Shown: piece by piece, positions 39,490 to 53,016 of the stretch | Layout: each line of letters opens with the position of its first letter | Numbering within the stretch: the first letter of the stretch is position 1 | Assembly (NCBI GenBank): GCA_021613535.1 | Contig: CP075496.1 | Location: 3,348,001 to 3,412,000 of the forward strand | DNA: 64,000 bases | Direction of reading: 5' to 3' | DNA from: Adineta vaga | Lineage: Eukaryota > Animalia > Rotifera | Made by a program: the position numbers and the translations under genes | The notes under the pieces: model-generated | What the model was told of the DNA's origin: nothing | The model's database searches: none | The model's input: the letters and a program-made list of their open reading frames with translations, nothing else

Positions 39490-39897
39490 TTAACAATATT
39501 TCAATAATGTTTTAAGTGTACATGCTTGAAGACAACAATCACCAACCAATGTATTATTAAATTCTAAATTGAAAGAAAATAAATAAATATCAAAATTTTC
39601 ATTCAACTTACGTGCATAATCTGTGAATGATAATGTACGTGAGAAGGGATCATCGTCAGCAATCAATTGTCGTTTTTCATGTATGGATGATGACTTTTGT
39701 GTTTTCATTAATAATTGTCTTGCTCGATCACATATCATATCAAGCATGCGAACTAAAGCTGGTCCACATAATTTAATACTAGCTGGTTTACGTCCTGATG
39801 AGATAGGTCGTTTTCGACTTGTGATATTTTTTCCGTCTGTTGATAAGATGAAGAATATTGTTAAGAAACACAACATAAGAAACGATGATCGAAACAT
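39490..39897 (-). CDS. Insulin-like peptide precursor
   Basis: Signal peptide; B chain LCGPALVRMLDMIC; KR site; A chain CC-x3-C-x8-C (CCLQACTLKTLLKYC*); intron about 39564-39610. Confidence 0.93.
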   Translation of the reverse strand: MFRSSFLMLCFLTIFFILSTDGKNITSRKRPISSGRKPASIKLCGPALVRMLDMICDRARQLLMKTQKSSSIHEKRQLIADDDPFSRTLSFTDYARKLNENFDIYLFSFNLEFNNTLVGDCCLQACTLKTLLKYC

Positions 39898-41090
39898 GTT
39901 ACTGATCACGTTGTCGAATAATATTACTAGTGAACATTTGAGTCAAGTTCATATTCACTATTGTTAATCTCATCATCGATAGCAAACATTGCTTTTACAC
40001 ACGTTCGTCTTTCTTCGAACAAGACTCGTGTCCCTTACTTCATGAAAATTATAAAATAATCAAACTGTCCTTCTCTTTCTTCATTTATCAAACGAAAGTT
40101 ATATAGAAAGGATATGCTCAAGGAAAGAATAAATAAACAAATCTTAATGTATGCAGTGAGATTAAAAACTAATTAGATTTTTTTTTCCCATTCAATTCAG
40201 ATATTAGCATTTGAGAGAGAGAGGAAATCGACTTCGCCGAAATAATAATATAGATAATACACAAGATTTCATTAGTGTACAGTAAACTACCTCTTGAACG
40301 AATATTTATTTCCAATCGATAGCATATTGTTAAGTGTTTTCATTAAAGATATCCAATGAAATGCTTGACCATTGTCCTTCAATCATCTCTGACATTCATG
40401 TTTATTTCCTATTCAAGTATATGGAAATAATAGAACATTGTTTCGTGATTATTTTAAGAAATATTAAAAATATATACTTGAATTATCAGCTCTATTTTCC
40501 AATTAGCAAATACTGATGAACGGAAAGAACGAAGTGCAACGCGTTCATCTCTGTCAGATAATCTCAAGAGTTGTATCTATTGTTAAGAAATTTTTATTAG
40601 ATGATCATTACGAGAATCATTCAATCATAAATCTCTTTTCGCTTGCATCAAATTAGCATATTGATTCAATCTAATTAACAATTTTTTTCTTCTTCTTGAT
40701 ATAAGTGACGATTGATTGTGTCATTCATACGCGTGGAAAGAAAAAAGGAAGTGTCAGCCAAATAGAGACGGTATATAGCATATTAAACGTAAACTTGTTT
40801 CTTTCTTTAATACTAATCAACTTTGAAAATACGCATGAAACAGATGCTTACACAACAAAACACAACAAAACAAACAAACAAAGAAAAAGGAAAACGAACT
40901 GGATAGAGTCATAACAAAATGATCCGGTTTTTTTTATACAAAATGGTATGATGTTAAACAATCGAACAATTCCCGTTCTTAATCTAAATACACAGTATTT
41001 ATTTAATTCAAAATCGAACGGACATGAAAGAACAAGGAAAAAAAATAAAGTGAAGAGAGTACACGTGGATATATTTATATATAGTTGTAA

Positions 41091-42430
41091 TTAATTTGTA
41101 TTGTTGGTCGCTATTGAATCAGTTGTTGTTGTTGTTGTTGTTGAAGATGAATTAACTGTATTTGCTTGTTGTAGTAATTCGGCTAATTTCGCTTTATCTA
41201 CGGATGTTGAACCAAGTAATGCTTGTGCTACTTCAGGTAGAATATGAATAGTTATCATTGGTACGGATGATGTCGATGAAGATGGTGTAGGATCAGTGTT
41301 TGATGTAACACGTGTTAATGGTGATACAGTAAATAAATCATGAGCATTAGTAAAATTAATTGTAACACGTTTACTATTGTTTGGATCGAGCATACTGGTA
41401 GCTGGAATTGTTTTTACATCTGTTTTTGATAGATTAAAATTACTTGCTGTCGATAAATGAGGCTTTTTTAAACAAGCATGGCGATGCAACAATAATTCTA
41501 ATTGATTTTTTTGGTCAGCAAGATTTTGAACTGAACGTTCTAGATTTTGTTGTTGTTCATTTAAAATTAGTTCAGTCTATTAAGATAAAGAATGAAAATA
41601 ATTTGTTTTTTGAAAATATTCATTCTTACTTTTTCTAACTGTTCACGAAGTTCATTTCGTTTTTTTCGACATTTTGCTGCTGCTTGTTTATTTCTATCGC
41701 GGCGTTGTTGACGCTTTACATTTTCCTCCGGTGGAAGCTGAATGCATGTAAAGATAAGCAAATGATAGTATTTGTTCATAATTCATACCTGCTCATCTTT
41801 ACTTTTTCGACCGTTGGCAAGTGTTGGTGCGATTTGTTTTCGTGGTTTAACTAAAATTGGACCATATTGAATAGGTTCAATGGGTTGATGTTTGGCATGT
41901 TTTGAATTTGATATTGATTTATTAGATTTTCCTCGTCGAGATTTCATTGATGAATTACCATTATTTGCAAGTTGATCATATTCATCTGTTAACATTGATG
42001 TATCACCGTCATTGTTCTCAAGGATATTATCTTGCCTTAAAGGATTTAATTTTGCTTGATTTGCTAGAGCCGTAGCGGTAGGAACACCATTTGATGTTGT
42101 ATAGTCAGCCAGAGATATTATTGGTAATGTCGATGATGAAGTTATTCCGGTCGTTGTTGCTGATGGATTGGATACATTAATTACATTCTAGAAAGGTGAA
42201 AAATAGGATAATAATTAAGTAATACAAACAAATGATTTTGTAATCAAATTTACTAATTGTTTAACTGTTGCTATTCCTCTTTGCCGTCCAGTAGCCATTG
42301 ATACTAGTGTATTTGCGACTTCTGCTGCTGTATTCTCTGGATTATTGGTGACTAAGACTGTTGTCGGTGTTCCAGATAAATCATGTGTTTGAACACTTTT
42401 TTCAGCAGTTTCTTGTGCTTGATTGGACAT
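41091..42430 (-). CDS. bZIP transcription factor, ATF3/Fos family
   Basis: PEENVKRQQRRDRNKQAAAKCRKKR basic region; leucine zipper ending LHRHAC. Confidence 0.88.
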
Positions 42431-43474
42431 TGTAAATAGAGTGGGAGTAAATGTTTGTATCTTCGATCTAAACGAATAGAAAGACGGTCGTCAAACGTCA
42501 GATGGAGATATTGATTTTTGTCATGTTTTTGAGAAAGTGGCAGATGCTTTTTGCATGACAGAAAAATGGAGAAACGGAAAATTGATAATTAATCGAAACG
42601 AAAACGTTCGGAGAAATTTCCCGAATTTTTTTCTCATAATCAAAGGAAAGAACGAGAAATTCTCTCGTTCCACACGAGGTATGTATGTATTAGTCAGCCT
42701 GCATACAGCAGTTGAATCAGCGGCGTATCATAAGAACGTAAGTAACTCTAATAAAAACGCGATAAATAGTCATAGTGGTGCGCAAAAATGCATACTCCCT
42801 AACTACATATACACATCTACATACTCTTTCGTCTTTTTTTAACGATTGCTTCGTCTTCGTGTGCCTCTGATTGTTCTTCTACTCTCAGCTGCCTACAAAG
42901 AGGTAGAAAAAAGAGAAAAAAAAGGTTTTCTTTTTCGAGGACGATGACGCATTATTTTTTTCCTTTTTCTTCGCGTTTTTTTTCATTACGGACGATGAAT
43001 AATAACACGCATACGCACGGCGAAAAACAGCAACGTCAGCTTTTTGTTGTTGTCATGTTTATCATATGATTCATGTCGATAAAACAAGAAAAGTATATGT
43101 GCAGGGAAATAAAGAAATCAAATCAAGTAAAAAAGACAACGGTAGCTTAATACAAAAAAAAAACAAGGATATAACTCGACATTATTATTCCATTTCGATT
43201 TTTCTTTCTCATACGATTGTAGTCCTATATACATGCACTTAAGAAAAAAGTAAATGTCGACTATGATTTGTATTTTTCCCAACTAATCGGTCATTCGATG
43301 ATTGAGAAAAATAAACGAACGAGACATACCTATCTTGTACGACACTAAAGACAACGTTTCGACGATCCATATCAATTAGTTATTTATGATTGATCATAAT
43401 CTGAAAAAAACCAAAACCAAAACGTCCATACACTCTCATCCGGATAGTTTTTAAATAACAAAAAACAAGCTCAA

Positions 43475-45295
43475 TTAAGTTTTATTTGAACAAGTTTCAC
43501 AGGAAGAACATGTTTTATTCTCGTATGCAACATCGATCTTTCGTCGAGGTTGTTTCAATGGTCTATGTTCGGGATTATTGGGCGTCCATGGACCTAGACT
43601 ATTTTGAGCATAGAAATCCATTGGATAACGAGTTTGCCATTCGATCTGTCGAAGTGCAACCATAGCCTAATAAAATTAAGAAACAAATGAATTTGTTTGA
43701 ATTTTTTTCTACGGAAATACTTCGTATGGTGTGAGAATTGGTGTTTGAAAACCAGCACCCCAATCAATCGATAAACGTGGGCATGATGTTTGAATCCATC
43801 TATAATGGAAGATGAACAGAAATGAATATAAAACAAGATGAACTTACACATCGACATTTTTAAATAATTTTAATTTATCCGGCATTAACTCAGGCATTAT
43901 AACTTGTATATATGTTTTACCACTGGATTTCAGACGTTGTTTAATTGTCTGAAGAAAATCGATATAGATTAATGCATAAAAAAAAACAGTTATTTCTAAT
44001 TTTACATCGAGAACTTTCGGTGAACCTTGTCGTCCAAGTGAACCAAGAACTAAACCCCAAACACGTCCATTTGCAGCTTTATTGATTTCATTTTGGCGTA
44101 TACTATGCATTGATTTCGTATCATAATATTCTCGTGTAAATTCTTTCGAATATGGATCATATCTAAACAAAAATTATTCGTTTTTTTTGTATTTATTCAA
44201 ATGTGAACATACTTATACGCTGGTGCATCGGGATTATGAATCATAATTGATTCAATATGAAATCGACCATCACCTATATATAATATTGAATATGAATCAG
44301 GAATAACTGGAGATGTACAACCAAGAATTTCACCGGGTGATAATGGTTTTGTTTGTGGCATAATTACATCGGCGATGTGATCTTTCAATTGTTCTTTGAT
44401 TATCTTATTTATGGAATAAAAATAATTATTCGAATGAATGAAAATCAAATCATACTTGTAATGTTCGAACAAATTGAATGGTACTAACAAGAGCGAGTTT
44501 ACTTTCCGATGTAAAATGATGTTTCAATGTATCGACGATATGTTGAACATTTACTTGAATATCAACGAATATGTAGAGAATACTTATACCTGGTGTTTCA
44601 TCAATAGGAACTAAAACGAAAGGACAATATTCAATTAATCCTTATTATGTATTAAACAACAGTTGAAAGAATCATTTGTACTAATATCTCCTTGAAGAGT
44701 AGCTTCTTTGCTCCATATATGACTCTGAAGTTCTTCTGAATTCCCTCATATGAATTATTTTTCAGATATAATACTCTTGTGATTCAGATACAACAAAAAC
44801 AATAATCCTATCAAACTAAACTCTCTACATACATATTCATTTAACACTCACCTACCGAGACAACTGTGTCCATAATGTATCAATAAATCACATTTCAATG
44901 CTCGAGCACCGTAATCATCAATACAACAAGCTCCATATGCCACATCACCCATAATCACAACATCCACATTTGTGAATCTTAAATAGCAGAAACTAAAGTG
45001 ATTTTTTATTTTGTTTTTATCTTACGCTCTAAATATATCAGCAATCGTACAAGCAAATACAAATAAACCTTCTGGCATTTGCATTGCCACTAGAAGAAAT
45101 TTAAATTAAAGAATATTCAAAAGATTTTTTTATCAATCTACCTCGTTTAGCTTTAATTGTTTTTATTCGCCATATGGTTTTATGTATTTCAAAATTATAA
45201 TTTTCAGGTAATTGTTTTATTTGTAAATTAAGTTCTTTATCATTCAGCAATTCTTCAGGTATTTGATTTGCATTCAATGGTCGTACTTTACTCAT
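43475..45295 (-). CDS. DPH1: 2-(3-amino-3-carboxypropyl)histidine synthase subunit 1
   Basis: [73 protein letters not shown]. Confidence 0.96.
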
Positions 45296-45343
45296 CTAAA
45301 AGCAAATTCAAATTGAAAAATCATTAAAAAAAATATATTTAGT

Positions 45344-46826
45344 TTATTTCGTATGTAAACGCATATAAGTCTGATGACAACGTTTAAAATTTCCACATGA
45401 ACAAGAAGAATGAAAAAGTTCATGTAATGCAGATTCAATAATTGTATACAAACGTAATTGAGTCGATAGTTTACTTAAACGATATGATGTCGAAATACAA
45501 CATGGTTTCTTCGCCTAGAATAAGAAAACAAAGATGAAAATGAATAGAATATTATGAAATAAATTACTCGATAAACATTAGCTTCATAATCATCGACAAA
45601 TTGTTGTAATACGTCACATTTTTGACTTTCAATTGTGCAAGCCTGTTCTGTTGTTCGAACGATCTTTTTATGTTCACTAGCAATGGAATGAATACAAATC
45701 GAATGAAAACGATGATATCTCTAAACTTACTTCGCTCGATAGCCAAATTTATTCGATAATTGTTCTTTTAAATTTTCAATTTCTTGATCACGATCAGCTA
45801 TTTCTGCTTTATATTCATTTTCTAATTGTAGTAAACGTGCATTATACTAAGAGAAGATAAAGAAAATTGAAAATCTTCTCTTCCTGTAGAGTAAATTATT
45901 TACTTCATCGATAACACGTGATTTATCACTGATTTTTAATAGTTCGATTGATCGATCTTCTGTGATACTATAACGATTTAATGTACTTCGAAGTTTCAAT
46001 TGTTTTAATTCGTGATTATCGCGTTTATGACATTGTTTAGTTATTTCATCTCGTAATTCTTTGATCTAAATAGAGAAGTTTAATAAACAGTTGATTCGTA
46101 GATTTCAAAGTGTAACGAACTTTAGTATTCAATTCAGATGATTCAGTAATTAATTGTTGAATTCGTTTCTTTTCTTCATGAATTGTTCGTCGTAAATCGG
46201 ATTTTTTTTGTCGAACTTTTTCACATGAATATATATTAAATTGATATGATTTCTTGAAAGAAAAAAATCAATAAAATAATATTTTCTTATTTAAATCAAC
46301 AAGTAAAACTAAATCAATAGCTATAGGATGCAAAAGAGAGAGAGAGAAAAAAATCAAGAAAAGGATGCTGGTTTTTTTTCAAGGAGAAAAAAATAAGAGC
46401 AGCCAGGCAATGGATACTAAACATACCTCTAGCTAGATAACCTAATTTGAATGAAAATAGTTTTTTTATAGAAAAAAAAATCATCGAATTTTCAAGCGAA
46501 ATAAAAGATCTTACTGAAAGTGTTACACGAAGACGATTGAATTTTTGTTTGAATAATGATAATTCATGATCAGTTGTTGGTGGACTCAGTGCAAGGAAAT
46601 CCTCTTCTTCACTTGTTGCTTCACCTGTAGAAAATTTCAATGGTGGTAATTTAATATCAATCGCATGAGGATTAGATTTTCGTTCAGATAAAATCGATGG
46701 AACAATCAATGCACGATCGTATCGACGTGGTATGTATGGTAAAATCGGTGAATCAAGAAGTATAGATGAACATCTGGATTCGGATTCATCACTACTTTTA
46801 TTATCATTCTCATTATTTTCGTCCAT
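45344..46826 (-). CDS. Uncharacterised coiled-coil protein with Cys/His-rich C-terminus
   Basis: Six exons join in frame by manual splicing. Central helical coiled coil; last exon AKKPCC...HSSCSCGNFKRCHQTYMRLHTK*. Confidence 0.65.
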
Positions 46827-47047
46827 AATGAAAATAATCTAAAATTAGAAAACAAAATACAACAAGATAACAATCACGTCATATCACTGTAATAGAAATA
46901 TGTTGTTGAGAGAAGCGAAAACTAAAAGAATTCGGCTTTTTTTCCTAACATAACAATCAATAAAAAACAAAAAAAGAACAACAAGAATATATTTCCTATA
47001 TTCATCGAATGAAAATAGAAAATACAATAATCTACATATCGAATATT

Positions 47048-48506
47048 TTATTCATCATTGATTGTCAATAATGTTGTTGAATCATTATTATCTTCATTGC
47101 GTAAATCAAAGGTTTTGAGAAGTTGAAAAAGTGCACTTGCTTCTTTAATATGTCGAAAATTAATACAAAAACCTTGAACTTCTAAGAACAGATCTTTAAT
47201 ATCAATAACTTTATTACGTATTAATGATTGAATAAAGACACTAACAAGTCGTACAAAACGACTTTGAAGATATTTATCTTTTGTTTCATCACATGTTTTA
47301 ATGCATGTGGAAATATATAAATGAAGAAATTCTCGCGGTAATTCCATTGATGTTGATAGACGATTTACGACTTCCATTGAATGTAAACTCATATTCATTT
47401 GTACTAAAACTTGAAGATATTCAGTCATATGATTGGATGAAATTAATTTTAAAAGACAATTGATACTGATCGATGGATTATTTTCAACTAATAATGGTAA
47501 TTTTTGTGGAGTTAAACCAAGATGATGAACAAGATCAGGATCATGATCAAGTTCTTCGAGAATTTTATGTTGTTGTTGTAAATTTATTGCACCATGATAA
47601 GCTTTATCCATTAATAAACGAACTTCGGAATAGATCGATTTTGACATACACATCAAGTCATCCCAACTAAATAAGGATGTATCAATATCAAGATTTGTTA
47701 GAGGAGAAAGCCAAACAAATTCATCAATTGTACATTCATGTAAAGGTGGTACAAGACGAAGATATTCAGGATGAATTGTCTGTTCCATTACATTATTCAT
47801 TAATAATTGTTCGATTGTTTGACGTGTATTTGCTGAACGCGAATTCGGACCACCAATTAATGTATCATATCCATACTTAAAACAAAACAAAACAAAAATG
47901 AAATTGATAATGAGAAAATTTTCTACATACATTATTCATCTCTGGATCGTTAATGACGGCAGGTAGATGACATTGAACAACAGCTGGTACTTGTTGAAAG
48001 ATGTTTCCATTTAATTGTTGATAAATTTCTTTTTGTAATAGATCATCATTTAATGGAAGATCGATTTGTAAAAATTGATTGGGTGTTTTTTTTAGTAAAT
48101 CTTTATTCTGATTATTTTGAATTAATAAACAAACAAACGTTCGTTCATGTCGAGTAACAGGTGAGATAATCCAATGAAAATGTTTATGAATTTTTAATGA
48201 TTGTTCTCCATTTAATCGTAAAATTGCAAGAAAAACAGGTGCAAATGGGTGTGTATGAATTGATTGTTGATCAGTTGGATACATTTGAATAAAAAGATAA
48301 AAAATAATTAAACGTTGCGTTGATATTGGAGTTAAATCGCGATTTTGTAATAATAATAATAGCGCATTTCCAACACGTAAATAATCAGTTTTAGATATTT
48401 CATGTTGAAATTCTTGAGAAATCTGTTCGAAAGTTAATGATGAACCACATGTATCTTCATTAAGAAAATTTAAAAGAAGATTTATATCACTAGATGATAA
48501 AGACAT
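47048..48506 (-). CDS. CNOT11: CCR4-NOT transcription complex subunit 11
   Basis: PEYLRLVPP, GLTPQKLPLLVENNP, MSLHSMEVVNRL, RFVRLVSVFIQSLIRNK, EVQGFCINF; one intron at about 47878-47926. Confidence 0.95.
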
Positions 48507-49100
48507 GCTAGATTTGAGAAAAAAACCTTCTCATTTTTTTTTCTCCACATCCATTCGATCGAAATATAGAGTAGGAAGTGAACCAATCGGATTTCATAAT
48601 AGATGTCCCGCCTATATTTATTTTCTTGTTATTTTTTCTCTCGCGAATGATTACCTTCATAGGAAAAAAATCTTTCTTTCATTATTTACCTTATTAGGAA
48701 AAATCTTCAGAGAATCGTCATACATTCACACCTCTGCATACATTCGACTAGTCAAATGGCAGATATCAGATGATCGTCATGATACACAGAGGAAAGACTT
48801 TTCTTAGTTTAACAAATGTACGAAATGTATAGAGAAGAAGAAAAAAGCCTTAGACTATTTTGAAATGATTCAGAAGGTCAACGTATAGAGAATCAGACGT
48901 CATTGTTAAGGTTATCATTCATTATCATGGTCATTTATTTTCTATACATATATATATATATATATACTATCAACGGATGCTTCTTTATTCTAGGTTTATG
49001 TTCATATAATTTTTTTCTCCTTATTCGAAACGATCGAAATATCTCTACTTTTATACTAAAACAAGAAAAAAAGGAATTCTTCGATCGTTTTTCTTCGTAA

Positions 49101-51101
49101 ATGGCAGACGATGATCAATTTAATATGGGTAAAAACTTAAATAAATAAAATTTAAGAAAAAAAAATAGAATTTTCTTTTGCTTTCATAGATACGGACAGT
49201 GAGGATATGAATGAAGAAGATGATGACGAAGACGAACAACAAGAGTCCGATGATGACACAGGATTCTTCCCTATCGATGAACCTATTGTACAATCATCAC
49301 AATCGTCTAATTTAGCAACACGTACTTCATCAGAACAGTCAACAAATAAATATTCTACTGGTCTTACGACATCAAATAATCATCCACAAGATAATAATTT
49401 CGAATATGTTGGTAAGATCTTCTTCAGATTAAAAGAATTGTAGAGTCATTGAATTCGATTTGTTTTTGTCTAGTATTATCACAAGAGGAAATAGTCAAAT
49501 ATATGGTAGAATGTATAAAAGAAGTGAATGAAGTGATTAAATTACCTTCAACAACAGTACGTCTATTACTTCATCATTTTCGGTGGGATAAAGAAAAATT
49601 AATGGAACGTTTTTATGATCCTAATCATCAAGAAGAACTATTTCGTCAAGCACATATAGTGAATCCTTTCAAAAAAACGATTCCAATACAAACTCAACAA
49701 GTGAATTCATCACAACGAACTACACGTCGTCAAGCATCTACTACAACTCCGATATCTTCATCAGGAATTACACCTATTGAAAATTCTTCACAATCTTCAT
49801 TTGAACAAACATGTGCTATTTGTTGTTCAACGAGATTATCACAAGAAATGACTGGGTTGGAATGTGGTCATAATTTTTGTATTGTTTGTTGGCAATATTA
49901 TCTAACAACTAAAATTCGTGATGAAGGTATTGGACAAACAATACCATGTCCAGCTCAATGTGACATTCTAGTCGATGATAAAACTGTTCTACAACTTATA
50001 CGAGCACCTGAAGTGCGTCAAAAATATCAGCATCTAATCACAAATTCATTTGTTGAATGTAATCGAAATATGCGTTGGTGTCCAGGAACAAATTGTACAA
50101 ATGCTATTAAAGCATCTTATTGTGATGTAGCAATGGTTGTATGTACAGGCTGTACTACATCATTTTGTTTTCAATGTGGTCAATCATGGCACGAACCAAT
50201 TAAATGTAAATGGTTGAAAAAATGGCAAAAGAAATGTCATGATGATAGTGAAACAAGTAACTGGATTTCTGCGAATACAAAAGAATGTCCAAAATGTCAT
50301 GCAACTATTGGTAAAAGAGAAAACTTTTTGAAGATAGATAATATTCGATAGTATTTAATTTATTTAGAAAAAAATGGTGGTTGTAATCATTTAATATGTA
50401 AAAATCAATCATGCAAATATGAATTCTGTTGGGTATGTTTGGGTGCTTGGGAACCTCATGGTTCATCATGGTACAATTGTAATCGTTTTAATGAAGATGA
50501 TGCTAAAAAAGCTCGTGACGATCAAGAACGTTCTCGAGCAGCACTACAACGCTATCTTCATTATTATAAACGTTATCATAATCATCATGAATCATTACGA
50601 TTAGAAAATAAATTATTATCAGAAGTACAAAAACGTATGGAATCCATGCAACAACAAATGAGTTGGATTGAAGTACAATTTCTTCAAATTGCTTGTGATG
50701 TACTTCGACAATGTCGGCAAACATTAATGTATACATATCCATTTGCATTCTATCTTAAACGAAATAATCATTCGTAAGAAAATGTCTTTGAAAAGAAAAA
50801 AGAAATCGTTTGGTTTTATTTAGAATTATCTTTGAACAGAATCAAGCTGATTTAGAACATGCAACAGAAGAATTATCAGGTTATTTAGAAAGAGATTCCA
50901 ACCAAATAACAAATCTAACGGAAATGAAACAAAAAGTTCAAGATAAATATCGTTATTGTAGTACACGACGAAAGGTATTATTAGATCATGTTACGGAAGG
51001 ATATGAATGTGATTATTGGTTAGTTAAAAACAAAATAAAACCAATTCATTCAACTATTTCTTTCTTGTTCTTTTTTTAGGGAATACAATGATGATGTATG
51101 A
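49101..51101 (+). CDS. ARIH1: Ariadne-1 RBR E3 ubiquitin ligase
   Basis: Acidic N-terminus, [19 protein letters not shown]1, IBR, RING2 ([15 protein letters not shown]), Ariadne domain [10 protein letters not shown]; ends WEYNDDV*. Confidence 0.96.
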
Positions 51102-51504
51102 AGAAACTGTTTCTATTTGGTTACAGATATTCATTTGATTTGTGTACTTGTATATATGTCATTTATTGAACTTTCCTTTCTTCTCTTTATCCCTATCCGG
51201 ATAAATAACATACTTTTGTTATTTTCTATTCACTCAACCATTTTTGTTCGATTTGACTTGAAAAAAAAGAAAATTATCAACCAAGAAATTAAACAGTTTT
51301 CCTTCCTCTACTACTTCTTCTTTTTTCTCTCCTCTTCGTGAATTGTTGTCAAATGACAAATATCTTCATCATCGAATTAATTATTTCTTTCCTTTCTTCT
51401 CTTTCTTTTATGACATGTTTAATTAATTCGATTGTCTATTAAAAGAAAGTATTTTTTTGAATGGATCATATCTATCTCAATCGATTTCATGATGAAAAGA
51501 GAAG

Positions 51505-52085
51505 TTTAAAATCTCGAGATTTTTAATTCTCGTACAGTTATTTTATCTTTTTCGGTAACATAGACAACTGCACCCCAACCACTTGCTGAATAACGATCAA
51601 CTCCATTTAATAAAGCTTGTGATGTTGCTTCAAATAATTCATTTGGATTCATATTTGGTTTAGAAAAGAGTTCACCTAATAATAACGAAATTTCTAATCA
51701 AATTCAATTTAGTTTGGTTTTGTCATTTATAGCACCGATATTATCTGAGTCATAAACGAATGTTTCGCCCGTTTTAGGATCAAGACCACCAACAAGTGCA
51801 AAGAGAAGATACGGTTCAAATCGTCTTTCATATAAAAGATTTGGTTTTAATTTTCTTTGTTCGCGTAATTCATATAAATTTCTACGAAATTTTAATCATT
51901 CAGATACAGTTTGTACCTAAACCACAGAATGCAACAAAGCAATGCTCACTATAACTGAAATATTCTTGTAAAATTTGTTGCGATTGTTTTATTTTGTACC
52001 CCGTACCGTTTGTCACAAGCGATTGCAATACATTCTTTACCTTTCATTGCTAAAGCTACACCACCATTTTGAAGAAATATTACAT
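51505..52085 (-). pseudogene. PSMB3: Proteasome subunit beta type-3 pseudogene
   Basis: NGGVALAMKGKECIAIACDKRYG, NLLYERRF.PY, SQALLNGVDR.SASGWGAVVY recognisable; in-frame TGA at 51896-51898 and internal deletions. Confidence 0.88.
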
Positions 52086-53016
52086 TGCGACTGAATGAAT
52101 AGAAATGTTAAGAGAAATTTGCAGGATGCACTGGAAGAAAATGAGAATGAATTTACGAAAAAAGTACTGTGAAATGTTCAAATTGCAAATAAGTCGAATA
52201 ATATTCTATAAACATTTGTTTTAATCTCATTTAACTATTTTTATTTCTATAACATTGATGCTTCATCGTTGTAAGACATCAAGAAAAACAAGATCTGAGA
52301 TTGAAATCAATACGATTCCTTTTCCTTTTTACAAATAAGATGATGAAACACTCATTATGAACAAGTTGAAATCTTTAATATCATTTGCAAAATCAAACTA
52401 ACAAAATCTTTTCATTGAAAACCACATTTTACATCAAATTTCTAGACAAATCATATGAATTAAATATTTATTTCAAATTCAGTTAATTAGAAAAAATTTA
52501 TTTCTATTGAAATTGCAATGAGAACGGTAAAAATAATTACAAGCTGAACATTCCATCAACATTTAGTTAAAAGGTAAATTTCAAGCATTTTCATGTAATT
52601 ATTACTTTTACTGAATAGATCATGTTAATGTGTTGCGTGCTCAATTATTTAAGCAAAAGAAAATTATCAATAAATCAATTGTCAAGATTCCAGAAACTAA
52701 TGTGATTGAAATGGTTGAAACTGAATAATGAAACAAGATTATTTGAAATGAAAACTTTGAACCATTTTAATCAACAACAATGATATTATCAATCAATCTA
52801 TGAATGATTCTTCTTTTCTTTCTAATTACACTTATATTCTACAATAAATTAGACTAAGTGTTCATATCATTGAACAATACTCGTCTGATATGATCCATTC
52901 GATATTCATCTATAGACATATATATATATATATTGAATGGATATATGAATATATTTCATTCAAACATTATTTCTTAAGAATATTCTCATTCGTTCTCATT
53001 TCAATTTAACTTCACA

